Below, in pieces: positions 27,333-36,755 of a stretch of 64,000 nt of DNA (position 1 is the first letter of the stretch; every line of letters starts with the position of its first letter). The notes below the pieces were generated by a model, which saw only the letters and a list, made by a program, of their open reading frames with translations, did not search any database and was not told the origin of the DNA. The DNA is from Bacillota bacterium (GTDB lineage: Bacteria > Bacillota > PH28-bin88). The translations under genes and the position numbers were made by a program. Location of the stretch: the NCBI GenBank assembly GCA_040757295.1, contig JBFLXH010000007.1, forward strand, positions 35,142 to 99,141, in the 5' to 3' direction.

Positions 27333-28325
27333 ATGCTTCTTCAGGTTAGAAATCTGGAGGTTAGTTTTTTACAGCAAGGGATTGAGGCTCCCATTGTGAA
27401 AGAAATAGATTTGTCCTTGGAACCCGGGCAAACCCTTGCCTTGATAGGTGAATCTGGAGCCGGGAAAACGGTGACAGCCTTAGCGATAATGGGACTGCTT
27501 TCTCCGTTGAAAACCAGAATCAGAGGTTTAATCTGTTTTGAAGGAATAGAAATCAGCAGCCTTAATTCTAAAGACATGGCTAAAATCAGGGGAAATAAAA
27601 TAGGCTATATTCCTCAAAACTCTACTTCATCCTTGAACCCAGCTCTACCGGTTGGAATGCAAATAATCGAAGGCTTGCTGTTCCATCGTAAAATGTCCTT
27701 TGCGGCTGCTCGTGAACTTTGCATCAGCCTGCTTGAGGCGATAGGAGTAGTCAGGGCAGAGCAATTTTTTTCTGCTTATCCGCATCAATTAAGCGGAGGA
27801 ATGCGTCAACGTGCATTAATAGCTATGGCTTTAGCAATGAAGCCCAGTCTTTTAATTGCTGACGAGCTGACATCGGCGCTAGACGTAACCGTGCAGGCAG
27901 AAGTGTTGACAATTTTGAAGCGAGCGCAAGACAGCCGTGAGTTGGGGATCTTGCTGATTACCCATGATTTGGCGGTAGCTGCCCAAATAGCTGAAACAGT
28001 TGCCATTTATTATGCAGGAAGAATAGTCGAAGGGGGCTTGTTGAAAAGAGTTTTTTCTTCGCCCAGGCACCCCTATACCCAATTGCTGTTGGAAAACACT
28101 TGGCGATTGGAAAAACCAGAAGCCAAAGGAACTCATGGTACTACCAGGATTATTCGGGCTTCTTCTCCAGCAAACGGCATTGAGGGCTGTAGCTTTGCTC
28201 CGAGTTGCGGACTGGTTGTCAGTAAATGCTTAGAAGCAGTCCCGCCTTTTGTTCCAATGGGTTTGGAACATGGAGTTGCATGCTGGCAGGCATTATCAAT
28301 GAAAGGTGATAGAAATGGGGAATGA
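27333..28325 (+). CDS. ABC transporter ATP-binding protein (OppD/DppD type)
   Basis: Walker A GESGAGKT and signature LSGGMRQR. Confidence 0.9.
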   Translation: MLLQVRNLEVSFLQQGIEAPIVKEIDLSLEPGQTLALIGESGAGKTVTALAIMGLLSPLKTRIRGLICFEGIEISSLNSKDMAKIRGNKIGYIPQNSTSSLNPALPVGMQIIEGLLFHRKMSFAAARELCISLLEAIGVVRAEQFFSAYPHQLSGGMRQRALIAMALAMKPSLLIADELTSALDVTVQAEVLTILKRAQDSRELGILLITHDLAVAAQIAETVAIYYAGRIVEGGLLKRVFSSPRHPYTQLLLENTWRLEKPEAKGTHGTTRIIRASSPANGIEGCSFAPSCGLVVSKCLEAVPPFVPMGLEHGVACWQALSMKGDRNGE

Positions 28326-29277
28326 AAGGCCTTTAGTTGAGGTAATGCAACTTAAAAAAGCCTTTCGATTAGGAGGCTTGCATAAGAAAGAACCAATTTT
28401 GGCTTTGGACGGGATAAGCTTTTCCATGTTTCCAAGGCAAATCTTTGGTTTGGTTGGTGAAAGCGGTTGTGGAAAGACAACCCTTGCCAAAACTATGCTA
28501 GCTTTGCATCGACCAACGGCAGGTGAAGTCAGATTTGAAGGGGGCAACATTTTTTCTTATGACCAGAGACAGTTAGAGAGATTTCGCAGTCAGGTACAAA
28601 TGATTTTTCAAGACCCTTATGGCAGCCTTAACCCGAAAATGAGAGTTGCAGATGCACTGGCGGAGGTGTTGTTGAAACACAAGCAAGTTAATGCAAAAGA
28701 ATGTGCAAAAATTATTTTCGAGTTGTTAGAGCAAGTAGGTTTAAACAAAAATCACGCAGACTGTTATCCTTATGAGTTGAGTGGAGGACAGAAGCAAAGA
28801 ATAGCCATCACCAGGGCCCTGGCGGTGGGACCAAGAGTTTTGATTTGTGATGAGCCGGTTTCAGCCTTGGATATGGTCTATCAAACCCAAATTATCGATT
28901 TACTGGAACACCTGCAACAAAGGAAGAAATTGACGCTATTATTGATTTCCCATAATATGATGTTTATTAAGCGACTTAGCCATATTACTGCTGTGATGTA
29001 TAAAGGAAAAATAGTTGAACAGGCGCCTACTTCAAACCTATTTGGAGAGCCCCTGCACCCATACACAAAACTGCTGTTGGCTTCTATTCCAAAAATGAAT
29101 AGCAGAGCTGAGGACTCCTTCCCTCCGAGTATTACGCGGCTGGTTTTATCCGAAAAGGCACAAGGATGCCGCTTTGTCACCAGGTGCTGTATGAGATTGC
29201 AGGATTGTACTGGTGCGGAGCCAAGCCTCAAACCGATAAATGATACCCATTGGGTTGCCTGCCATTTGTACCGCTAA
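28306..29277 (+). CDS. ABC transporter ATP-binding protein (OppF/DppF type)
   Basis: Walker A GESGCGKTT and signature LSGGQKQR. Confidence 0.9.
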   Translation: MIEMGNERPLVEVMQLKKAFRLGGLHKKEPILALDGISFSMFPRQIFGLVGESGCGKTTLAKTMLALHRPTAGEVRFEGGNIFSYDQRQLERFRSQVQMIFQDPYGSLNPKMRVADALAEVLLKHKQVNAKECAKIIFELLEQVGLNKNHADCYPYELSGGQKQRIAITRALAVGPRVLICDEPVSALDMVYQTQIIDLLEHLQQRKKLTLLLISHNMMFIKRLSHITAVMYKGKIVEQAPTSNLFGEPLHPYTKLLLASIPKMNSRAEDSFPPSITRLVLSEKAQGCRFVTRCCMRLQDCTGAEPSLKPINDTHWVACHLYR

Positions 29278-29348
29278 CCGAGAAAAGAGATGCCCTAAGA
29301 AGCATTGAATTCGTTATGTTGCATTAAACGAGGTTTATTCAGCCGGCC

Positions 29349-29582
29349 CTAATCTTGTTTTTCCAAGGCGTCCTCCATCAGGGCTTCACGGTAATGCTCT
29401 TCGTCTTTTGAAGTAATCGGATTAAGGGATAAAGCTTTCTTAAAGCGTTCTATTGCCAGGGTTGCCGAAGAATTGGCATTAATTTTTAGTGGCGCTCTCC
29501 TAGTCTGTTTTTCTTCTCGATGATTTTTGGTCACGAGAATGTCACCTCTACTTTGTTTGTTAAGCTTATTGTGTGCTTTCAT
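29349..29582 (-). CDS. small basic hypothetical protein (77 aa)
   Basis: ORF only; no recognisable family. Confidence 0.3.
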   Translation of the reverse strand: MKAHNKLNKQSRGDILVTKNHREEKQTRRAPLKINANSSATLAIERFKKALSLNPITSKDEEHYREALMEDALEKQD

Positions 29583-29714
29583 GAGCTAATATATTTTAAT
29601 AGGCTAACCTGGCGACATTAACCAAATTAAGGTTTATTTTTATTTTCTTTTTGTTATAATAAACAAGGCAGAATTACCAGTTGTTCCATAAGTTTCGAAA
29701 AAGGAGGCGAGCCA

Positions 29715-30545
29715 ATGCAGGGTGTATGGTTTTCAGAAGCTCAGTCAGCTAATTTAGGTTTTTCCTGCAGAGTAAAATCAGTTTTGCATAAAGAAAAAAC
29801 CGGTTTTCAGGATCTATTAGTGTTAGATACTGAAAGCTTTGGCAGAATGCTGGTTTTAGATGGAGCTATCCAAACAACAATTATTGATGAGTTTGTTTAT
29901 CATGAAATGATCAGTATGGTTGCGGTTAATTCCCACCCTAATCCGAGTAGGGTGTTAGTAATTGGCGGAGGCGATGGGGGAGCTATTAGAGAGATTATTA
30001 AGCATCCTAAAGTTAAAAAAGCTACCTTGGTAGAAATAGACGAGCGAGTTGTGGAATGTGCAAAGAAATATCTGCCAGAGATTTCGGTGGCCCTTGACAA
30101 TGAAAAGGTTGAAGTGCTAATCGAAGATGGTATCAAGCACATTGACGAAAGGTCGGACTATTACGATGTAGTCATTGTTGATTCAACAGATCCGGTTGGC
30201 CCGGCAGTAGGTCTTTTTAACAAAGATTTTTATGGTTCTATTTTTAAAGCCCTCAAAGAGGACGGAATATTTGTTGCTCAAACCGAATCACCATGGTTTA
30301 ATAAAGACTTAATTCGGCGTGTTTATGCTGACATTAAGGACATTTTTCCAATTGCCAAACTTTACACCGCAAATGTGCCAACATATCCAAGCGGTATGTG
30401 GAGCTTTACCATTGGAAGCAAGGTCTATGACCCAGAGAAGGTTGACTTAGATAAGTTGCCTGATACAAGAACCAAATACTATTCGCCAGAGGTCCATCTT
30501 GCAGCCTTTAAGCTGCCTCCCTTTGTTAAGGCTTTGTTGGGCTAA
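29715..30545 (+). CDS. speE: polyamine aminopropyltransferase (spermidine synthase)
   Basis: VLVIGGGDGGAIREI SAM-binding motif; SpeE length and N-terminal tetramerisation region. Confidence 0.9.
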   Translation: MQGVWFSEAQSANLGFSCRVKSVLHKEKTGFQDLLVLDTESFGRMLVLDGAIQTTIIDEFVYHEMISMVAVNSHPNPSRVLVIGGGDGGAIREIIKHPKVKKATLVEIDERVVECAKKYLPEISVALDNEKVEVLIEDGIKHIDERSDYYDVVIVDSTDPVGPAVGLFNKDFYGSIFKALKEDGIFVAQTESPWFNKDLIRRVYADIKDIFPIAKLYTANVPTYPSGMWSFTIGSKVYDPEKVDLDKLPDTRTKYYSPEVHLAAFKLPPFVKALLG

Positions 30546-30558
30546 ATAAGGAGGAACA

Positions 30559-31416
30559 ATGGAGCAATTTTTAGAAAAGCCTGGAGGTTTTCTAGGGTCC
30601 AACGCTGATTATTTAGACGCTGCAATAGTCTTATTGGGCGCTCCAATGGACTTTACCGTAAGTTATCGGCCCGGAACCCGTATGGGGCCTCAGCAAGTCC
30701 GTGCTGTCTCTGTTGGACTGGAAGAGTACAGTATTTATCTTGACAGGGACTTATCAGAAGTGCCTTTTGCAGACTTGGGCGATGTTGCACTACCCTTTGG
30801 GAACGTTACCCAAAGCCTGGAGCTGATAAAACAAGTGGTGGAACGGGTTTTAGAAGACGGGAAAAAACCCTTTGTGATTGGTGGGGAACATTTAATATCC
30901 TACCCTGTTATCCAAGCAGTATATGAAAGATATGCAGATCTAATGGTAGTGCACTTTGATGCCCATGCTGATTTGCGGAAAGATTACATTGGAGAAGCAA
31001 ATTCCCATGCGACAGTAATGCGAAAAGCAACTGAATTGTTGGGACAGAAACGCATTGTGCAGGTAGGTATTAGGTCAGGTATCAAGGAAGAATTTGAATA
31101 TGCCCATGACTATACCTATCTTTTTAGGGATAGAGTTGAGGAAGCAATGCCACGGGTTAAAGAAATTGTTGGCGACCGGCCTTTATATATTTCTTTGGAT
31201 ATTGATGTAGTTGACCCTGCCTTTGCTCCGGGAACCGGAACTCCTGAACCCGGAGGCTGTACTGCAAGAGAGATTATCGGTGCAATTCATTCTTTGAAAG
31301 AGTGCCGGACTGTCGGTTTTGACCTGGTAGAGATTTCTCCGGTCTATGATCCTTCTGAGCGGACAGCCTTGCTAGGCGCAAAACTGTTAAGAGAGGCTAT
31401 TCTTTGTTTTGGTTGA
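30559..31416 (+). CDS. speB: agmatinase (ureohydrolase family)
   Basis: Arginase-fold Mn ligands (GGEHLIS, DAHAD, SLDIDVVDPAFAPGTGTPEPGG); adjacent to speE. Confidence 0.9.
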   Translation: MEQFLEKPGGFLGSNADYLDAAIVLLGAPMDFTVSYRPGTRMGPQQVRAVSVGLEEYSIYLDRDLSEVPFADLGDVALPFGNVTQSLELIKQVVERVLEDGKKPFVIGGEHLISYPVIQAVYERYADLMVVHFDAHADLRKDYIGEANSHATVMRKATELLGQKRIVQVGIRSGIKEEFEYAHDYTYLFRDRVEEAMPRVKEIVGDRPLYISLDIDVVDPAFAPGTGTPEPGGCTAREIIGAIHSLKECRTVGFDLVEISPVYDPSERTALLGAKLLREAILCFG

Positions 31417-31495
31417 CATTAATTTTTTGCCCATGATATAATGAAGGCACTTGCTTCCAGAAGTACACTTATCCCAAAATGGTAAAAAAAACTCT

Positions 31496-31524
31496 TTGAC
31501 TTAAACCTGGTTTTTGTGTATAAT
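31496..31524 (+). promoter_or_regulatory. sigma-A promoter of tRNA cluster
   Basis: TTGACT, 17-nt spacer, TATAAT; ~15 nt upstream of tRNA-Val. Confidence 0.7.
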
Positions 31525-31539
31525 AAATTTTGTCGGTGC

Positions 31540-31615
31540 GGGCGATTAGCTCAGCTGGGAGAGCACCTGCCTTACAAGCAGGGGGTCGGCAGTTCAAACC
31601 TGTCATCGCCCACCA
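31540..31615 (+). tRNA. tRNA-Val (TAC)
   Basis: Hand-folded cloverleaf; anticodon loop CTTACAA; CCA encoded. Confidence 0.85.
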
Positions 31616-31624
31616 AAAAAGTAC

Positions 31625-31701
31625 GGAGCTGTAGTGTAGCGGTCTAACATGCCGGCCTGTCACGCCGGAGATCGCGGGTTCGATTCCCGTCAGCTCCGCC
31701 A
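31625..31701 (+). tRNA. tRNA-Asp (GTC)
   Basis: Acceptor GGAGCTG/CAGCTCC; anticodon loop CTGTCAC; CCA encoded. Confidence 0.85.
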
Positions 31702-31705
31702 TTCT

Positions 31706-31781
<76 letters not shown>

Positions 31782-31784
31782 GTT

Positions 31785-31859
31785 GCGGAAGTAGCTCAGT
31801 GGTAGAGCATCGCCTTGCCAAGGCGAGGGTCGCGGGTTCGAATCCCGTCTTCCGCTCCA
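31785..31859 (+). tRNA. tRNA-Gly (GCC)
   Basis: Acceptor GCGGAAG/CTTCCGC; anticodon loop TTGCCAA; CCA encoded. Confidence 0.85.
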
Positions 31860-31941
31860 TTAAGTTTATACCGTGCAAGTAACGTAAATGATATTATGAA
31901 GCAACACTCGGCCTATGGCCTTTTTTGAGGCATTTTGTGTT

Positions 31942-32017
31942 GGTGCGGTGGCGAAGAGGCTAACGCCGCGGACTGCAAATCCGCTATTCGTGGGTTCAAA
32001 TCCCACCCGCACCTCCA
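31942..32017 (+). tRNA. tRNA-Cys (GCA)
   Basis: Acceptor GGTGCGG/CCGCACC; anticodon loop CTGCAAA; CCA encoded. Confidence 0.85.
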
Positions 32018-32031
32018 AAAAAGAATGAAAA

Positions 32032-32057
32032 GGACTGCCCAAAAGGCGGTCCGTTTT
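32032..32057 (+). terminator. terminator after tRNA-Cys
   Basis: GGACTGCC-CAAAA-GGCGGTCC hairpin followed by GTTTT. Confidence 0.55.
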
Positions 32058-32081
32058 ACTGCAAAAATATAGAGTGATTGG

Positions 32082-32110
32082 TTGCTAATTACAAAGCAGC
32101 GTGATATAAT
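32082..32110 (+). promoter_or_regulatory. sigma-A promoter (extended -10) for tRNA-Leu(TAA)
   Basis: TTGCTA, 17-nt spacer, TGaTATAAT. Confidence 0.6.
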
Positions 32111-32153
32111 TATTTTTGCCTTCGTTAATTACTATAATTACTATTTAAAATGT

Positions 32154-32241
32154 GCCGGAGTGGCGGAATAGGCAGACGCAAGGGACTTAAAATCCCTCGG
32201 GCCACAAGCCCGTACCGGTTCGAGTCCGGTTTCCGGCACCA
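32154..32241 (+). tRNA. tRNA-Leu (TAA), type II
   Basis: Acceptor GCCGGAG/TTCCGGC (G-U); anticodon loop CTTAAAA; long variable arm; CCA encoded. Confidence 0.8.
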
Positions 32242-32347
32242 ATACTTTGTAACAAGGTCAAGTCAAGGTTTTTCCTTGACTTGTTTGCTTTTGTTGGTTA
32301 TGCAAATATGCATAACAGTTCCCTGGTTTTCCAAGGAGCTGTTTGCT

Positions 32348-32689
32348 TTATCCAGGCAGACAGACTTGCTGGCCGATACGCAAGTTGTTTGGATCAATCC
32401 CAGGATTTAATTCTATTAAGCGCTGTACGGTTGTACCGGCTGACCTTGCTATGGCATATAAAGTGTCTCCCGCTGCAACTTCCCAATATACTCCTGAGGG
32501 ACATGGTGGCGTAGCAGGGATGCAGATAATTTGCCCAACCTGCAACCGCCTAGGGTCCACGCCAGGGTTTAGTCTCTTAATTGCATCCACTGTACTATTA
32601 ATATGAGAGGCAATTAAATAAAATGTATCGCCTGGTCTAATCCTCCAGTATCTACCGGTGGGACAAGGTGGCAATTGACGGTTTTCCAT
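32348..32689 (-). CDS. LysM-repeat protein (two LysM domains)
   Basis: Two LysM modules (YWRIRPGDTFYLIA...LNP and YWEVAAGDTLYAIA...LNP); 113 aa. Confidence 0.8.
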   Translation of the reverse strand: MENRQLPPCPTGRYWRIRPGDTFYLIASHINSTVDAIKRLNPGVDPRRLQVGQIICIPATPPCPSGVYWEVAAGDTLYAIARSAGTTVQRLIELNPGIDPNNLRIGQQVCLPG

Positions 32690-32857
32690 GCAAGCCCCCC
32701 TTATAGCTTTTATGTTTCATAATATGTGGAAGAAAATGAGATGTGACAGATTAGTCCTTATATTTGAGAAATTCCGCCAATCTTGACTACAAATGAAGGG
32801 AAATATTCGACAATGGAGAATAATACATGTTGACAATCTGCATAGGGAGGCATAATT

Positions 32858-33730
32858 GTGAGTTACGTAAATGTTGAAAACCAGGAGGCCCAATTAGGCG
32901 TTAATACCCATGCCGATGTTTTAAATTGGTTAGTACAGTTGGCTCCATTTTTTCAACAACTTGTTCCTATTGATTGCATTATCACAGTATCCGATAAGGA
33001 AAAGTTTCTGTTATGTCTCCCTGGTAGGGAACTTGGTTTGGGCGAGTTAAAGGAAGGCATGCCAATTCCTAAAGGGAGTAATACATATCAAGTTCTTAAT
33101 TCGGGCACGGTTTCTCATCGCATCGTTCCTAAGGAGGTTTATGGCGTTCGTTTAAAATCCAGCTGTGTTCCAGTAAAGGATGCTAAAGGAAGTATTATCG
33201 GAGCAATGGCCCTTGGGGTAAGCTTAGGGACTCAGGATGCCTTGTTTGAGGTGGCTCAGACAGTTGCAAACTCCTCCCGCCAAGTTCTAGCCAGCACTGA
33301 AGAGCTACGAGCAGCGGCAGAAAGTTTGGCCAAACAGCAAGATGGTCTTCAAGTATTAGCAAAAGACGCCTTAGATCAAATTAAAAACACTGAAAAAATT
33401 CTAGCTTTCATTAACGACATCTCAACAAACTCGAATTTATTGGGTTTAAATGCCGCTATTGAAGCTGCCAGAGCCGGCGAACATGGCCGTGGTTTTTCGG
33501 TGGTTGCGGAAGAAATTCGCAAAATGGCAGTCAATAGTGCTCGCTCAGTTAATGAGATTAAAGAGATCCTTCATGCTATTAATAACAAACTTCAGATAAT
33601 GGGAGACAGAATAAAAGAAACTGCGGCAATTAGTCAACAGCATGCTGCTGCTACAGAAGAAATTTCCGCTGCAATTCATGAAATTGCGTCTACTGCGAAA
33701 AACTTAGAAAAAGTTGCAGAAGTACTTTAG
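32858..33730 (+). CDS. cytoplasmic methyl-accepting chemotaxis protein (short MA domain, N-terminal sensor of unknown type)
   Basis: MCP signalling core ([31 protein letters not shown]); no TM segments; 290 aa. Confidence 0.75.
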   Translation: MSYVNVENQEAQLGVNTHADVLNWLVQLAPFFQQLVPIDCIITVSDKEKFLLCLPGRELGLGELKEGMPIPKGSNTYQVLNSGTVSHRIVPKEVYGVRLKSSCVPVKDAKGSIIGAMALGVSLGTQDALFEVAQTVANSSRQVLASTEELRAAAESLAKQQDGLQVLAKDALDQIKNTEKILAFINDISTNSNLLGLNAAIEAARAGEHGRGFSVVAEEIRKMAVNSARSVNEIKEILHAINNKLQIMGDRIKETAAISQQHAAATEEISAAIHEIASTAKNLEKVAEVL

Positions 33731-33779
33731 GATTGTTTAGTAGCTTTCTTTAACTATATTTTTAAGGGGGGGGTACCGT

Positions 33780-34628
33780 ATGCCAGTAAGGTTAGTAACT
33801 GATGGCACCTGTGATATTGATAGTCGAGTCCTGCAAGAATACGACATCATTATGATTCCGCTAACTGTGAATTTTCCGGATGAATCCTTCAAAAACAACG
33901 AAGTTTCCCTGGATTATTTTTTCTCAAAGCTTGAAACCAAGGGGGTATTTCCTTCTTCTTCGCAACCGTCCCAAGGAGAGATCTGCAGTGTTTTTGAGGA
34001 TTTGATCGCAAAAGGCAATGATGTGGTGGCTATTTTTTTATCCTCAGGGGTTAGTGGTACATTTGAAACAGCTTTAGGCGCGAGGGAAATGGTTTTGCAG
34101 AAGTTTCCAGAAGCTAAGTTAGAGGTCTTAGATTCAAAGGTCACTGCCATGGCGTTAGGATTGGCTGTAATCGAAGCGGCAAAATCGGCAAAAGCCGGAA
34201 AACCATTTGACCAAGTCGTTGCCCAGGCCAAAAATGCGATAGAGAAGGTTCGGTTTTATTTCGCCCCTGCCACTTTGGAGTATTTAAGACGGGGTGGCCG
34301 GATTGGGGGGGCGGCAGCAATACTGGGTTCATTACTCAGCATTAATCCCATTTTGTATTATGTTAATGGGAAAACTGCTGTCAAGGAAAAAGTAAGGGGT
34401 GCTGGTGTTGCGGTTGCCCGCATGCTTAATTTAATGCATGAAGATTTTGAGGCCCACGGGTTGGACAATATTGTCGTTCAGCATATAAGGAATCTGAGCA
34501 AAGCCAAAGAGGTAGCTCAAAAAATATTTGAACGCTATGGTATTGAGCCGCCTATTGTGCCGGTTGGGCCGATTGTTGGTTTGCATGTAGGTCCGGGAAC
34601 CATTGGCATCATATACAAAATAAAATAG
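33780..34628 (+). CDS. DegV family fatty-acid-binding protein
   Basis: DegV/EDD fold hallmarks (LVTDGTCDI, SSQPS, GPGTIGI); 282 aa. Confidence 0.9.
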   Translation: MPVRLVTDGTCDIDSRVLQEYDIIMIPLTVNFPDESFKNNEVSLDYFFSKLETKGVFPSSSQPSQGEICSVFEDLIAKGNDVVAIFLSSGVSGTFETALGAREMVLQKFPEAKLEVLDSKVTAMALGLAVIEAAKSAKAGKPFDQVVAQAKNAIEKVRFYFAPATLEYLRRGGRIGGAAAILGSLLSINPILYYVNGKTAVKEKVRGAGVAVARMLNLMHEDFEAHGLDNIVVQHIRNLSKAKEVAQKIFERYGIEPPIVPVGPIVGLHVGPGTIGIIYKIK

Positions 34629-34639
34629 GTCAATTTAAT

Positions 34640-35815
34640 TTAAGTTATACTATTAATCATTTCCACCAGCTTATTGCTTGTATTGGAGATATTAGATAGT
34701 GACTTGGCAATTGTGGCCACCGCATGTTTCTCATCTTGGGCAGAGCGCACAATCCTGGTTATGCCTGTTTGGTTTTCTTTTATGGCAGAAGCCAGGTTGT
34801 TTAAAGCGGGGGCTAAATTATGGGCTCCTGTTAGCACATCTTCAATTGAATGTTTTATGCTCTCCACTGATTTACGGCTTTCTTCGGCTAATTTCCTGAC
34901 CTCTTGGGCCACAACGGCAAAGCCTCTTCCTTGTGCCCCGGCACGGGCTGCTTCAATGGCCGCATTTAGAGCCAGCAGATTAATTTGACCGGCAATATGT
35001 TTAATTACTTCCACTATCTTGCTTATTTTCTCAGTTGCTTGTGACAAATCTGCGGATAATTCAACTGAATGCTTCACCATGCCCACTTCGTCCTGCATTT
35101 GTTTATCTAGCTGGGTGATGGTCGTGGCAGTAAGATCAATAGAAGCTGATACCTCTTGTGTAATTGCTAGAGTTTCCTCTATCTCGTCATTTAGTATTTT
35201 GGAAATTCGGGCTGCTTCCTTGGATAGCTGTTGATAATTAAATAATGCGAGGCGTTCCATAATATTTTTTATCGAGTCTATTGTTGGGATCCGCTTAGCA
35301 GAAATAATGGTTACATTTTGGGATAAAAAGTTTCGATATTGTGTCCTCAGTACTCCGTGCGGTCCCACCATTGTCTCTGCTCCAATAATAAATCTGGATT
35401 TTGATAACAAGTCTCTAATTTCCTGTTCCCCGAGTTCGTTAAATGGCACTAAGACAAATTTTAAGTGCTTAATATCATTTTCTGTACAGTATTCCGCAAT
35501 TTTTGCTGCCTGGGCAGAGTTGTTATTAAAAATAGCAACTTCTTCTCCCGAAGGAATTCTTGCGACTTGAATATAGAACTTGGTTTCTGGGATTAGTTCC
35601 ATTGGGACAATTTTTTCCCTGGGGATTTTCCTGGCGGCTTCTTCTACTCTGGTTGGTAATGCGATAAAAAGATCTCCAATTGTATTCTCAGTTACTTCTT
35701 TTATATCATAAGCTGTAACAAAGGCAAGTTTTCCCAGGAGCTCTATGGTAGCATCCTTCAATTCGTTAGCAATAGTAGAATTGCTCCCAACCGTTACAAT
35801 CTGGATTTGCCGCAA
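34640..35815 (-). CDS. cytoplasmic methyl-accepting chemotaxis protein with N-terminal uncharacterised domain
   Basis: MCP core ([31 protein letters not shown]). Likely TTG start at 35815 preceded by AAAGGGGG; the ORF track extends to 35860 without an RBS. Confidence 0.8.
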   Translation of the reverse strand: MRQIQIVTVGSNSTIANELKDATIELLGKLAFVTAYDIKEVTENTIGDLFIALPTRVEEAARKIPREKIVPMELIPETKFYIQVARIPSGEEVAIFNNNSAQAAKIAEYCTENDIKHLKFVLVPFNELGEQEIRDLLSKSRFIIGAETMVGPHGVLRTQYRNFLSQNVTIISAKRIPTIDSIKNIMERLALFNYQQLSKEAARISKILNDEIEETLAITQEVSASIDLTATTITQLDKQMQDEVGMVKHSVELSADLSQATEKISKIVEVIKHIAGQINLLALNAAIEAARAGAQGRGFAVVAQEVRKLAEESRKSVESIKHSIEDVLTGAHNLAPALNNLASAIKENQTGITRIVRSAQDEKHAVATIAKSLSNISNTSNKLVEMINSIT

Positions 35816-36042
35816 AGGCCTTACCCCCTTTTTTTTAATTAGGAAAACGAATAATACCATAAAATAAAATTCTACATAAATTGAGGAAAATCCTGCATTT
35901 CCTTAATAATTAACAATTTTAGAGGTATTTCATGCCTAGACCGCCAAAAAGCAGGCAAGTGGAGAACATTCCTAACAATTATTTTAAGCCGACAGGACTC
36001 CCCTTCTGAAATTGGACGAGTTGTGGCTGTCAAAAATAACCG

Positions 36043-36071
36043 CAAAAAAAACGGGGGGCTCCCCGTTTTTT
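36043..36071. terminator. bidirectional rho-independent terminator
   Basis: AAAAAAAACGGGGGGCTCCCCGTTTTTT; a GC hairpin flanked by an A-run and a T-run. Confidence 0.8.
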
Positions 36072-36315
36072 AGTGGTTTTTCACCATCTTGACCAGCATG
36101 CTGGCCAAGGCCTGTCTTTCCTTTTCGTTTCCCTGCTCCCACAGATTTTTTAACAGCCTGTTTTCTGGAATATCAGGTTCAACATTGGTTGCCAAGAAAT
36201 TCCCCAGTTGAGTGGCTGATTTGGCAATTTCATTATCATTCATTCCCATTGTTTCTGCATGATCCAGGGCACTGGACAAGGTATTTAACCATTGGTCAAA
36301 GCTATTTATTTCCAT
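36070..36315 (-). CDS. small hypothetical protein (81 aa; possibly DUF3243-like)
   Basis: Compact ORF with its own terminator; family assignment from memory is weak. Confidence 0.45.
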   Translation of the reverse strand: MEINSFDQWLNTLSSALDHAETMGMNDNEIAKSATQLGNFLATNVEPDIPENRLLKNLWEQGNEKERQALASMLVKMVKNH

Positions 36316-36755
36316 TTTTTCTCCTCCTTTCGTCTTCTCAATTTTAGATAAGGTTTATCTTCCCTTTGGTTGTTATTATGTTCTTTTTCTATTTTCTTAT
36401 TAATAAGTTTTTTTTGTTTTGGGGCGCAGTGTTGCGAGAAGCCTATGTCATGACAAAATGAAGGAAATTAAGGTTAAAATGTGGAATTACTTATCATCAT
36501 TTTTTGCGAGGTGTTGACCTTGTTATTTTACGGAATAACAGCCTTAGTTTTAAGCTTATTAATCCCTAGTTTCTTCAAAGTAGATTCGTGGACAAAGAAT
36601 CGTTACCGTTTGATTTTTGCGGGTCTTGTGATGCTTTTTTTATCCATTCATGGTGGACGATAATTTATGGTTATTATGTTAGACATCAGACAAAGCTCCA
36701 GGCTGTAAACCTGGACCTAATGAAGAGGGAAAGAAGGACATATAACCGATTGGGG

